In this document: one piece after another, positions 18,747 through 27,880 of the stretch
How the letters are laid out: each line of letters starts with the position of its first letter
Numbering within the stretch: position 1 is the first letter of the stretch
Virus record (IMG/VR): IMGVR_UViG_3300020471_000004
Location: 1-64,000 of that record
Strand: one strand, 5' to 3'
Length of the DNA: 64,000 bases
The notes under the pieces: generated by a model
What the model was told of the DNA's origin: nothing
What the model saw: only the letters and a program-made list of their open reading frames with translations
The model's database searches: none
Made by a program: the position numbers and the translations under genes

Positions 18747-19826
18747 TTAGATACGCTTACCTTTAGCAACAGAGCGAACGTTACCTACCAAGAAGCTAAT
18801 GCTTTGGCTAATTAACCAACCTTTGTTAGTTTCGCCTTGGTTAGCACCGTCAGTAGGAGTAGAACGGATACCGCGAGTCGAGAACGCTGCGTGGTGTTCA
18901 GGATCAGATACAACGTAGATTTCACCTTTATCAAGAACGCGTTGGTTCTCAGGACGGAAACCGTCGGTCATAAGTTCCATACCGATTAGTGTACCGATTT
19001 TACCGTTCATTACTAGGTCGTACTTAGATACTGGATCTAAGAAAGCGCTGAACTCGCTGTTACCGATAATGTCTTTCCAGAAGTCATTAGAGATAATCGC
19101 TTTAGTAGCTGGTAAGTTCCAACCAGATACTTGTTCAGAAAGTGACGCAAGCATTTTAGGCGTAAGTTCACCAGAAATGTATGAAATGTCGTTAACGCGA
19201 CCAACAGTTGCATCAACAGCACGTTTCCAAATGCGGTCTTCTGCAACCATTACTGCTTCCATTGCCTGGTCGCGAATGTCACGTAGAAGGTCGCCAGATG
19301 ATTGGTCAAGCTCAAGTTGCGATACGCGTACCGCAGACTTAACTTCGTATTCAGCAGGTGTGAACTGACGGTCACGAATTAGCTGGTAACCCATCTGAGT
19401 TGGTGATGTTGATACAACAGCTTGAACTTCGTGGCGGAACATAGGGATACGCGGGTATTCACCTTGTTTAAGGTTGTTACCTACTGCTAGGTTACGCATG
19501 AAGCCTGCACGGTCTGCTTGCTCAACGATACGATCAGAAATCGCAGCACCAAGAGCAGCCCAGTCATCTAGGTTAGAGTTAGCTTGAGCGATCAAATCAC
19601 GGAATTCCTCAGAAGTCATTGCGTCTTCTTGAGGTGCTTCAACGATTTGTCCAGCAGAAGCCATTGACATTAACTTACCAATGTTTTGCATTAGTTCGTT
19701 ACGGTCGTGTGCGTTGATTTCACCGTTTGATGAAAGCGCCTTCATGCCGGAACCAGGTAAAATTAGGTTGTCTAGCGATTCGCCGTTTGCCATTACGTGG
19801 CGGAAGTTACGAGCAGAATGTTTCAT
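18747..19826 (-). CDS. major capsid protein (HK97-fold)
   Basis: 359 aa in scaffold-decoration-MCP order, GGAG SD. R.GFMR.L..L.QG, A.EA.MV.EDR and G.IGTL.G..L pattern typical of jumbo myovirus capsids. Confidence 0.75.
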   Translation of the reverse strand: MKHSARNFRHVMANGESLDNLILPGSGMKALSSNGEINAHDRNELMQNIGKLMSMASAGQIVEAPQEDAMTSEEFRDLIAQANSNLDDWAALGAAISDRIVEQADRAGFMRNLAVGNNLKQGEYPRIPMFRHEVQAVVSTSPTQMGYQLIRDRQFTPAEYEVKSAVRVSQLELDQSSGDLLRDIRDQAMEAVMVAEDRIWKRAVDATVGRVNDISYISGELTPKMLASLSEQVSGWNLPATKAIISNDFWKDIIGNSEFSAFLDPVSKYDLVMNGKIGTLIGMELMTDGFRPENQRVLDKGEIYVVSDPEHHAAFSTRGIRSTPTDGANQGETNKGWLISQSISFLVGNVRSVAKGKRI

Positions 19827-19876
19827 ATGAGAATTACTCCAAAATTGGGTTCAATAATGTTTCTTGAAGACCGGTA

Positions 19877-20587
19877 TTACTGAACCGATTCAAGAGTAAG
19901 GAAGGCATTGCCTGCAACAGGAGCAGAAACAACAACCCAGTTAGTTAGTTTTGTACCAGTGCCGCCAACAGTTACAGTACCGTTAGCGCCTAGGCTTGGG
20001 TGCATTGCGCCTGACCAGTCAACAGATGCATCGAAGTTTGAAATCGATAGACGAGTACAAGAAATCAAACGACCTGTACGACCTAGCGCAGCGCCTGGTG
20101 AACCACCGATAGGGCCGTCACCGTGGTAAAGTGAAGCTTCCGATGCAGAAGGCTCGTAAGTGTACTGGATGTAAACTGATTGACCTTCAACGTCTGTGTG
20201 GAACAATAGACGGTCACGATCAATGACAACTTTACCTTCGTTACCAGAGCCAGTAGGTGCAGTGCTACCAGTTGAAATATCGCCAGAAGCAACAACAGAA
20301 CCGTCTAGCTTGATAAGGAAGTTAGAAGGATCTGGAGTGTGACCCATTGCGAAAGCGCCGTTAGTAACAGTACCTTTGTCAATTGCAGGTAGCTGACCAA
20401 CAGGCATTGCTGTGTTGATAGAGAAGCCTGCAAATACTTCGTCGGCTGCGCCAGTTGAAAGACCTAAAAGGTTCTTGCCGTCAACGTTTTTGAAAACAAG
20501 AGCCATACCTTCATCGTTAATTTGTTCGCCAGGTACGTGATCACCTTCAGCAGTTTTAACGATCATAGTGTTTGAATATTGAATCAT
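19877..20587 (-). CDS. putative head decoration/cement protein
   Basis: 236 aa Gly/Ser/Thr-rich beta protein between scaffold and MCP; FAGFS and C-terminal V.SAP....FL motifs. Confidence 0.55.
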   Translation of the reverse strand: MIQYSNTMIVKTAEGDHVPGEQINDEGMALVFKNVDGKNLLGLSTGAADEVFAGFSINTAMPVGQLPAIDKGTVTNGAFAMGHTPDPSNFLIKLDGSVVASGDISTGSTAPTGSGNEGKVVIDRDRLLFHTDVEGQSVYIQYTYEPSASEASLYHGDGPIGGSPGAALGRTGRLISCTRLSISNFDASVDWSGAMHPSLGANGTVTVGGTGTKLTNWVVVSAPVAGNAFLTLESVQ

Positions 20588-20619
20588 TTTTAATTCTCCG
20601 ATATATCCCGAGCGTTACC

Positions 20620-22599
20620 TTAGAAGGATTTCATTGCTCTAGAAAGTTTTGATTGGAAGTCAGAAGTTGAAACCGCAGTTGATTGCGACTCCAAAGTTTT
20701 TTCTTTTGGTACAACACGAGGTTGTAAACGTTGCTCTACAGAACTAACAGATTCCTGTCCGTCTTTACGAGCAAAAGAACTAGCAGCAACCATTTCGGCA
20801 ACTTCGTTTTGGAAGTCAGCGGACTTGCTGATAAGTTCCATCGTCTGGTCAACCAACAGCTTGTTGAATGCACCTGCGTTAGCTTCAAACACGTTATCAA
20901 TAAGCTCACGAGCATTATCAATACCTGCAGCCTTCAAGGTACTGGCCAAGCTTGAAATGATTGGGTTAGACTTTCCACGGAACACACCGTTATTCAGTCC
21001 CATGATAGAAGTAGCAAGGGCAGCACCCAGGCGTTCCATCAGTTTAGCATCGCGGTCTTTCTGGGCTTGTTCGTAGCCTGCAATTTTTGCATCCGCTTGT
21101 GCAACGATTTCTTTAGAGATAACCGTTTGCATTGTTTGTTCGTCAAAAGCAATTGACTCGAAACCGAACTGTTTAAGACCTGACTCTACGCCATCGTTAG
21201 CGATTGCTTTTAAGCAAGCTTGGCGGTAAGTAGGTTGATTAAAGATGCCACGTAGATTACCTTCGACATTTGACTCTGATGCAACTGCAACAGGAGTAGC
21301 GCCATGGAAAGCAACCCAACGGTTTTCACCAGCAACAACAGATACATTAGCTAGGCTAACTTGGTCTGCTTGTAAACCGCCTTCGGTAGAAGATGCAACC
21401 GCAGTCATAACGTCAAGAGAAGCAGAAACAGATACAGAGTCAGATTCAAGCTCTTCATCGTCATCGTCATCTTCTTCATCTTCTTCGTCATCTAGACCAT
21501 CAACGTCTTCGTCTTCGTCAGAGTCATCTTCGTCAGAGTCATCTTCGTCTTCGTCAGAGTCATCTTCGTCTTCGTCTTCGTCTTCGTCTTCGTCTTCGTC
21601 AGAAGAAGAGATAACTTCGAAATCATCGTCCAGGTCATCGAACTCGTCATCGTCCAGGTCCGAATCAATGTCGTCAAGGTCGTCAAGGTCGTCATCGTCA
21701 TCTAGATCCATATCCATGTCGTCATCCAACATAATATCATCTAGGTCATCGTCTTCATCCATAAGAAGATCATCGTCCATGTCCATAGAGGCATGTTCAA
21801 GTTCATCTAAAACTTCTGGATCGACAACGGCGGTAGAACAGCTAGGGCACACTGTAATGTCTTCGCTAGAAGAAAGAACGTGCATACCGCATTCTTCTGA
21901 ATCAGCACAAACAAAGTAATGCGCATCAGTTCCGAAACGGTCAGCAGCATCTTGCACTGCACTAGAGTTAGACTCTAATTCCTGCGCTGCAACTTCTTCA
22001 CCGTAGAAAGGACTGTAGTGAACAGAACCGCTAGAGTTAGAAATAAAGCTAACTTGGTTTTCGGTGTCTTCGTAAGCAGAAACAGGAGAATCGCCTGCTA
22101 GAATAGCCAGGTAGTCTTCTTTGGCTTCTTCAAAAGAAGAGGCAACGACAACGATACCTTGCTCGCCTTCAAGCTCTTGAACAAGAGCGCTTTCAGACTC
22201 TAGCTCGTCTTCTAAATCGCGGTCGAAATCTACATCGGTACTGCACGAAGGACAGTTAGATACAGACTCGCAAGCATCTGCGATAATGTGCGTGTTACAT
22301 TCAGAACACATGGTGTAATGAACTGACACTTGGTCTTCTTGGTCGGCACTGCTGGTAACTTCGAGATCAGTATCTAAAACCTTCATTGAGTCTCTGTTAC
22401 CAGACAGAGGATTCAAAAAAGATTTATGCGCACCAGCAACAGTAGCGATAGCAAAAGAACCGTCGGCAGAAGAAAGAACTTCTAGGGACTCTTGTTTAGC
22501 AACCATTGCGTAGTTACGGATAGCTTGTTCTCGGGTACCTGCAGTAACAACAATACCGCCAAAGCTAGGCTGAGTCGGTGATTTTTGTTTTACTGTCAT
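20620..22599 (-). CDS. putative prohead scaffold/core protein
   Basis: 659 aa, very acidic with a D/E tract of about 110 aa, two repeated Cys-containing modules, many S-x-S sites; first gene of the head operon with GAGGAG SD. Confidence 0.65.
   Translation of the reverse strand: MTVKQKSPTQPSFGGIVVTAGTREQAIRNYAMVAKQESLEVLSSADGSFAIATVAGAHKSFLNPLSGNRDSMKVLDTDLEVTSSADQEDQVSVHYTMCSECNTHIIADACESVSNCPSCSTDVDFDRDLEDELESESALVQELEGEQGIVVVASSFEEAKEDYLAILAGDSPVSAYEDTENQVSFISNSSGSVHYSPFYGEEVAAQELESNSSAVQDAADRFGTDAHYFVCADSEECGMHVLSSSEDITVCPSCSTAVVDPEVLDELEHASMDMDDDLLMDEDDDLDDIMLDDDMDMDLDDDDDLDDLDDIDSDLDDDEFDDLDDDFEVISSSDEDEDEDEDEDEDDSDEDEDDSDEDDSDEDEDVDGLDDEEDEEDDDDDEELESDSVSVSASLDVMTAVASSTEGGLQADQVSLANVSVVAGENRWVAFHGATPVAVASESNVEGNLRGIFNQPTYRQACLKAIANDGVESGLKQFGFESIAFDEQTMQTVISKEIVAQADAKIAGYEQAQKDRDAKLMERLGAALATSIMGLNNGVFRGKSNPIISSLASTLKAAGIDNARELIDNVFEANAGAFNKLLVDQTMELISKSADFQNEVAEMVAASSFARKDGQESVSSVEQRLQPRVVPKEKTLESQSTAVSTSDFQSKLSRAMKSF
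21563..21600. repeat. (tcttcg)x6 in-frame microsatellite encoding (ED)n
   Basis: Read directly; part of the larger D/E low-complexity tract at about 21450-21790. Confidence 0.85.
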
Positions 22600-22675
22600 T
22601 CTGAATCTCCTCAGGAGGTACGTTTTAACGATACAAAGATACTATTTGCATAGAAAAACACTGTAGTTCTTTGCA

Positions 22676-22688
22676 TACTATAAAATTA
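22676..22688 (-). promoter_or_regulatory. candidate late promoter (TAATTTTATA)
   Basis: 13-nt tactataaaatta identical to 59020..59032; lies between a terminator and the head operon. Confidence 0.65.
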
Positions 22689-22805
22689 ATGAAAACAAGA
22701 AAAATCGTGTAGAAATAGCAAGATTTTTCAAAATATTTTTTATACGCAAAAATCAGCTATTTTTCGCTATTTTCAGCGAATCTTAGGTATGTGAAAAGGA
22801 GCCAT

Positions 22806-22834
22806 AAAAAAGCCCCGAATTAACGAGGCTTTTT
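22806..22834 (-). terminator. intrinsic terminator (possibly bidirectional)
   Basis: Minus strand aaaaa-gcctcg-ttaatt-cggggc-tttttt. Confidence 0.8.
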
Positions 22835-22907
22835 GTATTACTGGAAACTAACCGAAATACCTACCAATAAGCACAGCTTTCTGCATAGCAGTATTATTAC
22901 CTGCAGA

Positions 22908-24278
22908 TTACTTTGCATCTAAGTCAAGCGAGTAGTAGTCTACTAGTTTGCCTTTAAGTTCTGCGGATACTCCTGATGAAGGCACATCATAGGAAACAAA
23001 CTTAACGCCTCTACCGTAAGCTTTGGTCACAGAAGCTTTCCACTCATTGTAGCTTTGACCTTTATTCTGGCTAGGGTTATCTAGGCGCGAGCTTTTGCCT
23101 GTATTCTTTGTGTCTGGACTACTGCTTTTTGTGCCTGAACGTTTTTTAGCCTGTTCGACTTTTATTTGGCGACTAGTAGGTGTTTTTTCTATAAGCTTTT
23201 CTGCTTTTCTAAGATCCCTTTGCAAAGGACGTATCTCGGCATTTAAGTCTCTAGCCTGTTGGGCTAATTCTTTTTTCTTTTCCTTGTTATCTGTGTTGTC
23301 CATGCGCTGCTTTATGCGCTCTACTTTTTGCTGCAACTTAACTATGTTCTTATACATTTTATAAGTATCAGGCGCTTTTACTGGAGCCTTAGGCTCCCTA
23401 GTTACTCGTGCTTTGCGTGTCTTAGAAGCAGTTTCATTAGGAGATTTCTTGCGTCCCTCAGGCACTTCTTCACCGTTCATAATACCTGCAATACGGCGTG
23501 CAGCTATACGAGGTCCTGCATAGTACTTGCGCATAGGTCCACCGCTAGCAGGCTGGTGGAATACATGCCAGCCAGGTGCAAGCATACCAGGTGAGCGTTT
23601 CTTGCGTCCCATTTTAGAACCTACGTTGCCTTTACCTCTAGCAGGAGCCGCCGATTCAGATTCAATACTTGATACTGAAATAAACGCTTCGTTGCCTCTA
23701 GAACCGTCACCGCGTGAGCTTCTACCGCGAGAATAGTCTACAAGGTCTTGAACAGCTAAAGGTATAGCACGTACATCTGAACATTCGCGGAAAGCAACGT
23801 GAACATTAGATTTAGTTAGTTCAAAAGAGTAGACACCGTCTTCAAAACCGTCATAGTTTATAGAGTAACCGCTAGGTAGCCGCGCTTGTTTAATAGCTTT
23901 ATAGGCGGCTTGGTTGCCAACGTTTGAATTTGAAGTGCTTTCTCTCTCAAAGTCTTCCTCAAAGCTTAGTGCCTCTGCTTCAAGGTCTGTAATAGACTCT
24001 GAGTAAGGACCGTCAGGGTCAATATCCCATAAACCGTCACTTGCTAGTGCCTCCATTTCCCGTTGTGCGAACAGGCGATTCTTCATGCTAGGGGTATACT
24101 TGGCTTCTTTAGATATGCGGAAAATACTAAATAGACCTGTACGGCTTTTTAATACGTAACGTCCTGGTTGAGCAAAAACTACTCGTGCTTTAGGCTTTAC
24201 TGTAGCAAGAGCCTTTTCAATAGTAGCAGGAATAGGGTGCTTAGAACGTGCGCTTTCTGAAAGTATTTGAATATACAT
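22908..24278 (-). CDS. basic multi-segment protein, tagged putative head cargo
   Basis: MYIQILSESA; internal ERESTS and IESESA sites; Lys/Arg-rich coiled coil. Confidence 0.7.
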   Translation of the reverse strand: MYIQILSESARSKHPIPATIEKALATVKPKARVVFAQPGRYVLKSRTGLFSIFRISKEAKYTPSMKNRLFAQREMEALASDGLWDIDPDGPYSESITDLEAEALSFEEDFERESTSNSNVGNQAAYKAIKQARLPSGYSINYDGFEDGVYSFELTKSNVHVAFRECSDVRAIPLAVQDLVDYSRGRSSRGDGSRGNEAFISVSSIESESAAPARGKGNVGSKMGRKKRSPGMLAPGWHVFHQPASGGPMRKYYAGPRIAARRIAGIMNGEEVPEGRKKSPNETASKTRKARVTREPKAPVKAPDTYKMYKNIVKLQQKVERIKQRMDNTDNKEKKKELAQQARDLNAEIRPLQRDLRKAEKLIEKTPTSRQIKVEQAKKRSGTKSSSPDTKNTGKSSRLDNPSQNKGQSYNEWKASVTKAYGRGVKFVSYDVPSSGVSAELKGKLVDYYSLDLDAK

Positions 24279-24293
24279 AGTTAATCCTTTGGT

Positions 24294-25271
24294 CTATTTA
24301 CTACGCTTAGTGCTTTTAGTGCTTTTAGTGCTTTTAGTACTACGGGTGCTTTTAGTACTACGCTCTTTGCGGGTTTTAGACTTAGGGCTTAAAGCATCAA
24401 TCTGTTTTTGGACTTTTTCTTGTAAAGCTTCCCACGCATCAACTGCCTTATCCATTTCTGCTTCAACCTTGTCATACTCTTTATTGAGTTTGTCCAGCTT
24501 TTGTTGAATTTCTTTTTTCTTAGAGCCTTCAGCGTCTCTGAGTTCGTACTCAAGATCATCAATATCATCGGCTAGGTCAATGCTTTTGTCTTCAAGCTCG
24601 GCGACCTTTTCAAACTCCTTGCTTGACTCAACACTTTGGCGCAATTCGTCTATTTGTTTTCTAGCTTTTTCTTTTTCTTCTTTTTCTTTGTACTTTTGAG
24701 GATTGTTGGCTTTATCGGCTTTCTCAAGTTCCTTGTGTTCAGCTTCAAGCTTCTTATATTTCTTTTCGAGCTTCTTCTTGGTCTTTTTAGCAGCAACTCT
24801 TTCTTCGTCTACTTCTTTTTTGTAATACTCGATTTCTTTTTTAGCGTCAGCCACTTCTCCCTTGGCGTATTCTATTTCACTTTCGTCTCCGTCCTCTTCG
24901 GCCTCTTCAAGCTCTTCTTGGGCATCTTCAAGACGTTCTTGGGCATCTTCTAACCTACGTTGGTTTTTAGTATCACCTTCTAGGGCATCTTCGGCTTCAT
25001 CTAACTCGAAACCAAGGTTTTCCATTTTAAGAGCCACAGAATCCAAGCGCTTTTCAATTGATTTAGCAGACTTATCTTTTGTAGTAGAAGCATTGTCCTT
25101 TTGAGCTTGCTTCTTGGTAGTGTTGTCACGTTCTGCCTTTGGTTTAGCTAAACGTTTGGCATGGCTGCTGTTCGGGTACTTTTTTAGGTATTTCTTTTTC
25201 TCAGAAGAACCTAATTTTGCAAACTGCTCAGCAGACAAGCCTGCACTTTCTGAATTAAGAGTAATAATCAT
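24294..25271 (-). CDS. K/E-rich coiled-coil protein, tagged putative head cargo
   Basis: MIITLNSESA; KKYLKKYPNSSHAK motif; (STK)n tail. Confidence 0.7.
   Translation of the reverse strand: MIITLNSESAGLSAEQFAKLGSSEKKKYLKKYPNSSHAKRLAKPKAERDNTTKKQAQKDNASTTKDKSAKSIEKRLDSVALKMENLGFELDEAEDALEGDTKNQRRLEDAQERLEDAQEELEEAEEDGDESEIEYAKGEVADAKKEIEYYKKEVDEERVAAKKTKKKLEKKYKKLEAEHKELEKADKANNPQKYKEKEEKEKARKQIDELRQSVESSKEFEKVAELEDKSIDLADDIDDLEYELRDAEGSKKKEIQQKLDKLNKEYDKVEAEMDKAVDAWEALQEKVQKQIDALSPKSKTRKERSTKSTRSTKSTKSTKSTKRSK
24307..24360. repeat. 9-nt tandem repeat (ttagtgctt-like, about 6 units) encoding an (ST[K/R])n tail
   Basis: Read directly. Confidence 0.8.
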
Positions 25272-25279
25272 GTTTTTTC

Positions 25280-25753
25280 CTAGATTGTTTCATACAAGCG
25301 TTTAAGACCAGCCATCTTTCCTGGGTAACCTTTACGCTGTAACAAATTAAAAAAGTCTACAGGCTTCATGTTGTGCAAGGGATTACTATCTCTAGCAGTA
25401 CCGCGCGGGTGAATATAGTCTTTGACAAATTCATCAAACTCTATTTCGTACTCTACCATACTGTCAACAAACTCCAAGAACTGTTCCCAAAGTTTATCTT
25501 CGTCAGGAGTATTCAGATCCACAAGTTCAAAGGATTTGACCTCGGCAATAGGTAACGCTCGGGGGTATGCCAGTATACCGTGCCTATAGTTTCGAGAGTC
25601 ACGAATACCTGCAAAGCGTTTATCTTTTGCAGCTTTTTCTGCATCGATAAACTCTACAGGCTGGGGGTTTGTAGGCTGTGCCCCTATAGAATAAGGTCTG
25701 AATTTCAGTCCGTAATAGAACTTTTGGTTACTTAATGAAATTAGAAGTTTCAT
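25280..25753 (-). CDS. DarA C-terminal-like domain protein, tagged putative head cargo
   Basis: YYGLKFRPYSIGAQP...RHGILAYPRALPIAEVKSFELV matches my recollection of the DarA_C (defence against restriction A) consensus; starts MKLLISLSN. Confidence 0.65.
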   Translation of the reverse strand: MKLLISLSNQKFYYGLKFRPYSIGAQPTNPQPVEFIDAEKAAKDKRFAGIRDSRNYRHGILAYPRALPIAEVKSFELVDLNTPDEDKLWEQFLEFVDSMVEYEIEFDEFVKDYIHPRGTARDSNPLHNMKPVDFFNLLQRKGYPGKMAGLKRLYETI

Positions 25754-25760
25754 AGATACC

Positions 25761-27434
25761 TCAAATAAGCTTTTCTATGTTAGCTGGCATTCTTAAACCT
25801 AGGCGTTCATAGAAGTCTGCCAAAATAGCAGGGTCAATATAGTTAGCAATAGCAGTAGATATAGTAAGCTTACCGTTATTAAAATGGCCAAGCTCTTTGG
25901 CTACTTTTTGTAAAGCACCTTTTAACCAAGTCTCTGCGTCTTTGTTAGTTACCTGGCGTTTACGAGTAAATAAAGGACACTTTTCAATAATATCTCTTGC
26001 TAGACGTGTACCTTTAAGAGTACGGAATTTGTGAGCAGTAACCCCTTCAGGTAACATAGACTTCAAATATTTGTTTACAGCATTGGCTGTTATACGTCTG
26101 TTACCGAAAGTAAATAGAGGGTCTTTGCGCTTCTTGCCTTCGCTAAGTTGGTCAAGCAGTTCTATAATCAATTTGTTTGTGACAGAATTAGGTTTAAGCA
26201 CATGCTTTTGGACCTGTGCTTTCTTGGCTTCGTACTTTATTTCTCGGTTCTGACCTTTCTTGTAATAGTGACCTGATTGCAGTACAGTCAAACCGTATGT
26301 GGTCTTATCACCTGTCTTGCCTTCACGGGTACCTATACGCGCACTGGTTTGGTACATAACTTCTATAACAAGACACAGCAAGCCTTCTTTGGTTGATATG
26401 CCTTCTGATTTTAGTTTCTGCAACCAACGTCTTCTTACACCAGGCGCTACTTTTTCAAATTCTTCTACAATCTTAAACTTTTTGCTACGTTGCTTAGAGT
26501 TCCACCTTTCGGTGTATACCTTTAGATAGTTTTCAGCAGCAGGGGCCTTATATTCTAAAACATAGGCGTTATCTTTTTTAGGATCGTAGTTAGGATTCAT
26601 GCGAACATCGCCTGCTATACCTTTATTGCTTAACAACAAACCTTTTGAGGTATAGTAAGAAAGAGTATCGTCAATGTAACCAACAAACTGTTCAGGTAGA
26701 TTGTGATGGCGTATGCCTGCATCTTTGATAGCATCAATTACTTCACGGATGTCCAGATACGGCTTACCTGATTGGCGTACATAGTTTACAACAAAGTTTT
26801 TCCATGCTTTATTTACTTCTAGGCTAGCTTTTCGGAATTCAACATAGACAGGATTGTCTTTGTGTTTCTTGCGGAGTTCTTGACTTAGGTGGATAGTGCC
26901 GTCACCACCTAACTTGGTGCTAAGTTTAGAAACCTTTTTAAGTAAACTATCTTGGTCACTTACTTCTAGTTCAAACAGACTTGAAAGAGCTACATCGTTT
27001 AAGTCACTTACTTTGGTCTTTAGAACGTTAATCGCATTCTGCCTAGAAGTTTCTTTAGGAGACGTAGCAATTGTGTAGAACTTTTTGATTATGTCTAGTC
27101 CTGACCTAGATATAAGAGTTTCGTTCTCTATTTTAGCACGTACCTTTTTGTCTCTTACCTGCTTGGCTACTTCATACGCAGAACCTAGAAAGTCTTCGTC
27201 CTCTTCGTGTAAGGTATACCCTTTTAAGAAAAGGCTTGTCATTTCATCGTAAGCTTTTAGGTTAAACTTGTAGTGGGCCATAAACTCACGCCCTTGCTTA
27301 ACCCACTCACGGATGTCGCCAGCTAGGTTATGAGGGAATTTGTATTCAGGACTATCTGAATATGCGACAAGCAGCACCACTTTTGTAAATGCCGTTGCTA
27401 TGTCAGAATTAATTTTTGATAAAGATACTAACAT
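25761..27434 (-). CDS. type IB DNA topoisomerase with long N-terminal extension
   Basis: Catalytic pentad R (SARIG), K (YEAKK), R (AHKFRT), H (ELGH), Y (ANYIDP). Start MLVSLSK at 27434 inferred from the TAATG overlap with the upstream stop. Confidence 0.88.
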   Translation of the reverse strand: MLVSLSKINSDIATAFTKVVLLVAYSDSPEYKFPHNLAGDIREWVKQGREFMAHYKFNLKAYDEMTSLFLKGYTLHEEDEDFLGSAYEVAKQVRDKKVRAKIENETLISRSGLDIIKKFYTIATSPKETSRQNAINVLKTKVSDLNDVALSSLFELEVSDQDSLLKKVSKLSTKLGGDGTIHLSQELRKKHKDNPVYVEFRKASLEVNKAWKNFVVNYVRQSGKPYLDIREVIDAIKDAGIRHHNLPEQFVGYIDDTLSYYTSKGLLLSNKGIAGDVRMNPNYDPKKDNAYVLEYKAPAAENYLKVYTERWNSKQRSKKFKIVEEFEKVAPGVRRRWLQKLKSEGISTKEGLLCLVIEVMYQTSARIGTREGKTGDKTTYGLTVLQSGHYYKKGQNREIKYEAKKAQVQKHVLKPNSVTNKLIIELLDQLSEGKKRKDPLFTFGNRRITANAVNKYLKSMLPEGVTAHKFRTLKGTRLARDIIEKCPLFTRKRQVTNKDAETWLKGALQKVAKELGHFNNGKLTISTAIANYIDPAILADFYERLGLRMPANIEKLI

Positions 27435-27874
27435 TATTCTACCATATGGGCCGGAGCTTGCTTTAACCAAGCTATTGCTTCGTCTTGGCTATCAAAAGAT
27501 TTAAAATTGATACCTGACTCGTTAAATACACGCTCTATTTGGATTCTTGAATTCTTAGACATTTGAGGATCGAAAATAACAGCAACAAAACAAGGATAAT
27601 CACGAGTGCTATTTAACCATTTACGAAAGCGAACGAATTCTTTAAATTTTGTTTCGGCATCTGTACTGGACACAGTGCCTTTATCCGCGTATATGCAGTA
27701 CTTCCAATTTGTATCTCTGCTTTGCGATATAACCTTATTTATTCCATCGATTATACCACAAGCATTATCTATTCCAATAGTTCTTAGAAGTACAAGGGTA
27801 ACTATGCTAGATAGTTCCCTGTAACACACAGCGTAAGTCCCTTTAGGGCAGCTTATTGCTGCATCGTCTTGCAT
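27434..27874 (-). CDS. STAS/SpoIIAA-like protein
   Basis: Alpha/beta pattern with VAVIF and C-terminal FDSQDEAIAWL. Confidence 0.55.
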   Translation of the reverse strand: MQDDAAISCPKGTYAVCYRELSSIVTLVLLRTIGIDNACGIIDGINKVISQSRDTNWKYCIYADKGTVSSTDAETKFKEFVRFRKWLNSTRDYPCFVAVIFDPQMSKNSRIQIERVFNESGINFKSFDSQDEAIAWLKQAPAHMVE

Positions 27875-27880
27875 AGTGCC

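Noticed and set aside
21245-21919. 224-aa poly-Ser ORF on the plus strand (also 41090..41395, 24862..25104)
   Set aside because: Antisense shadow of GAY/GAR codons in D/E tracts; no independent start signals.
21450-24360. CRISPR-like array
   Set aside because: The repeats are in-frame coding microsatellites without unique spacers.
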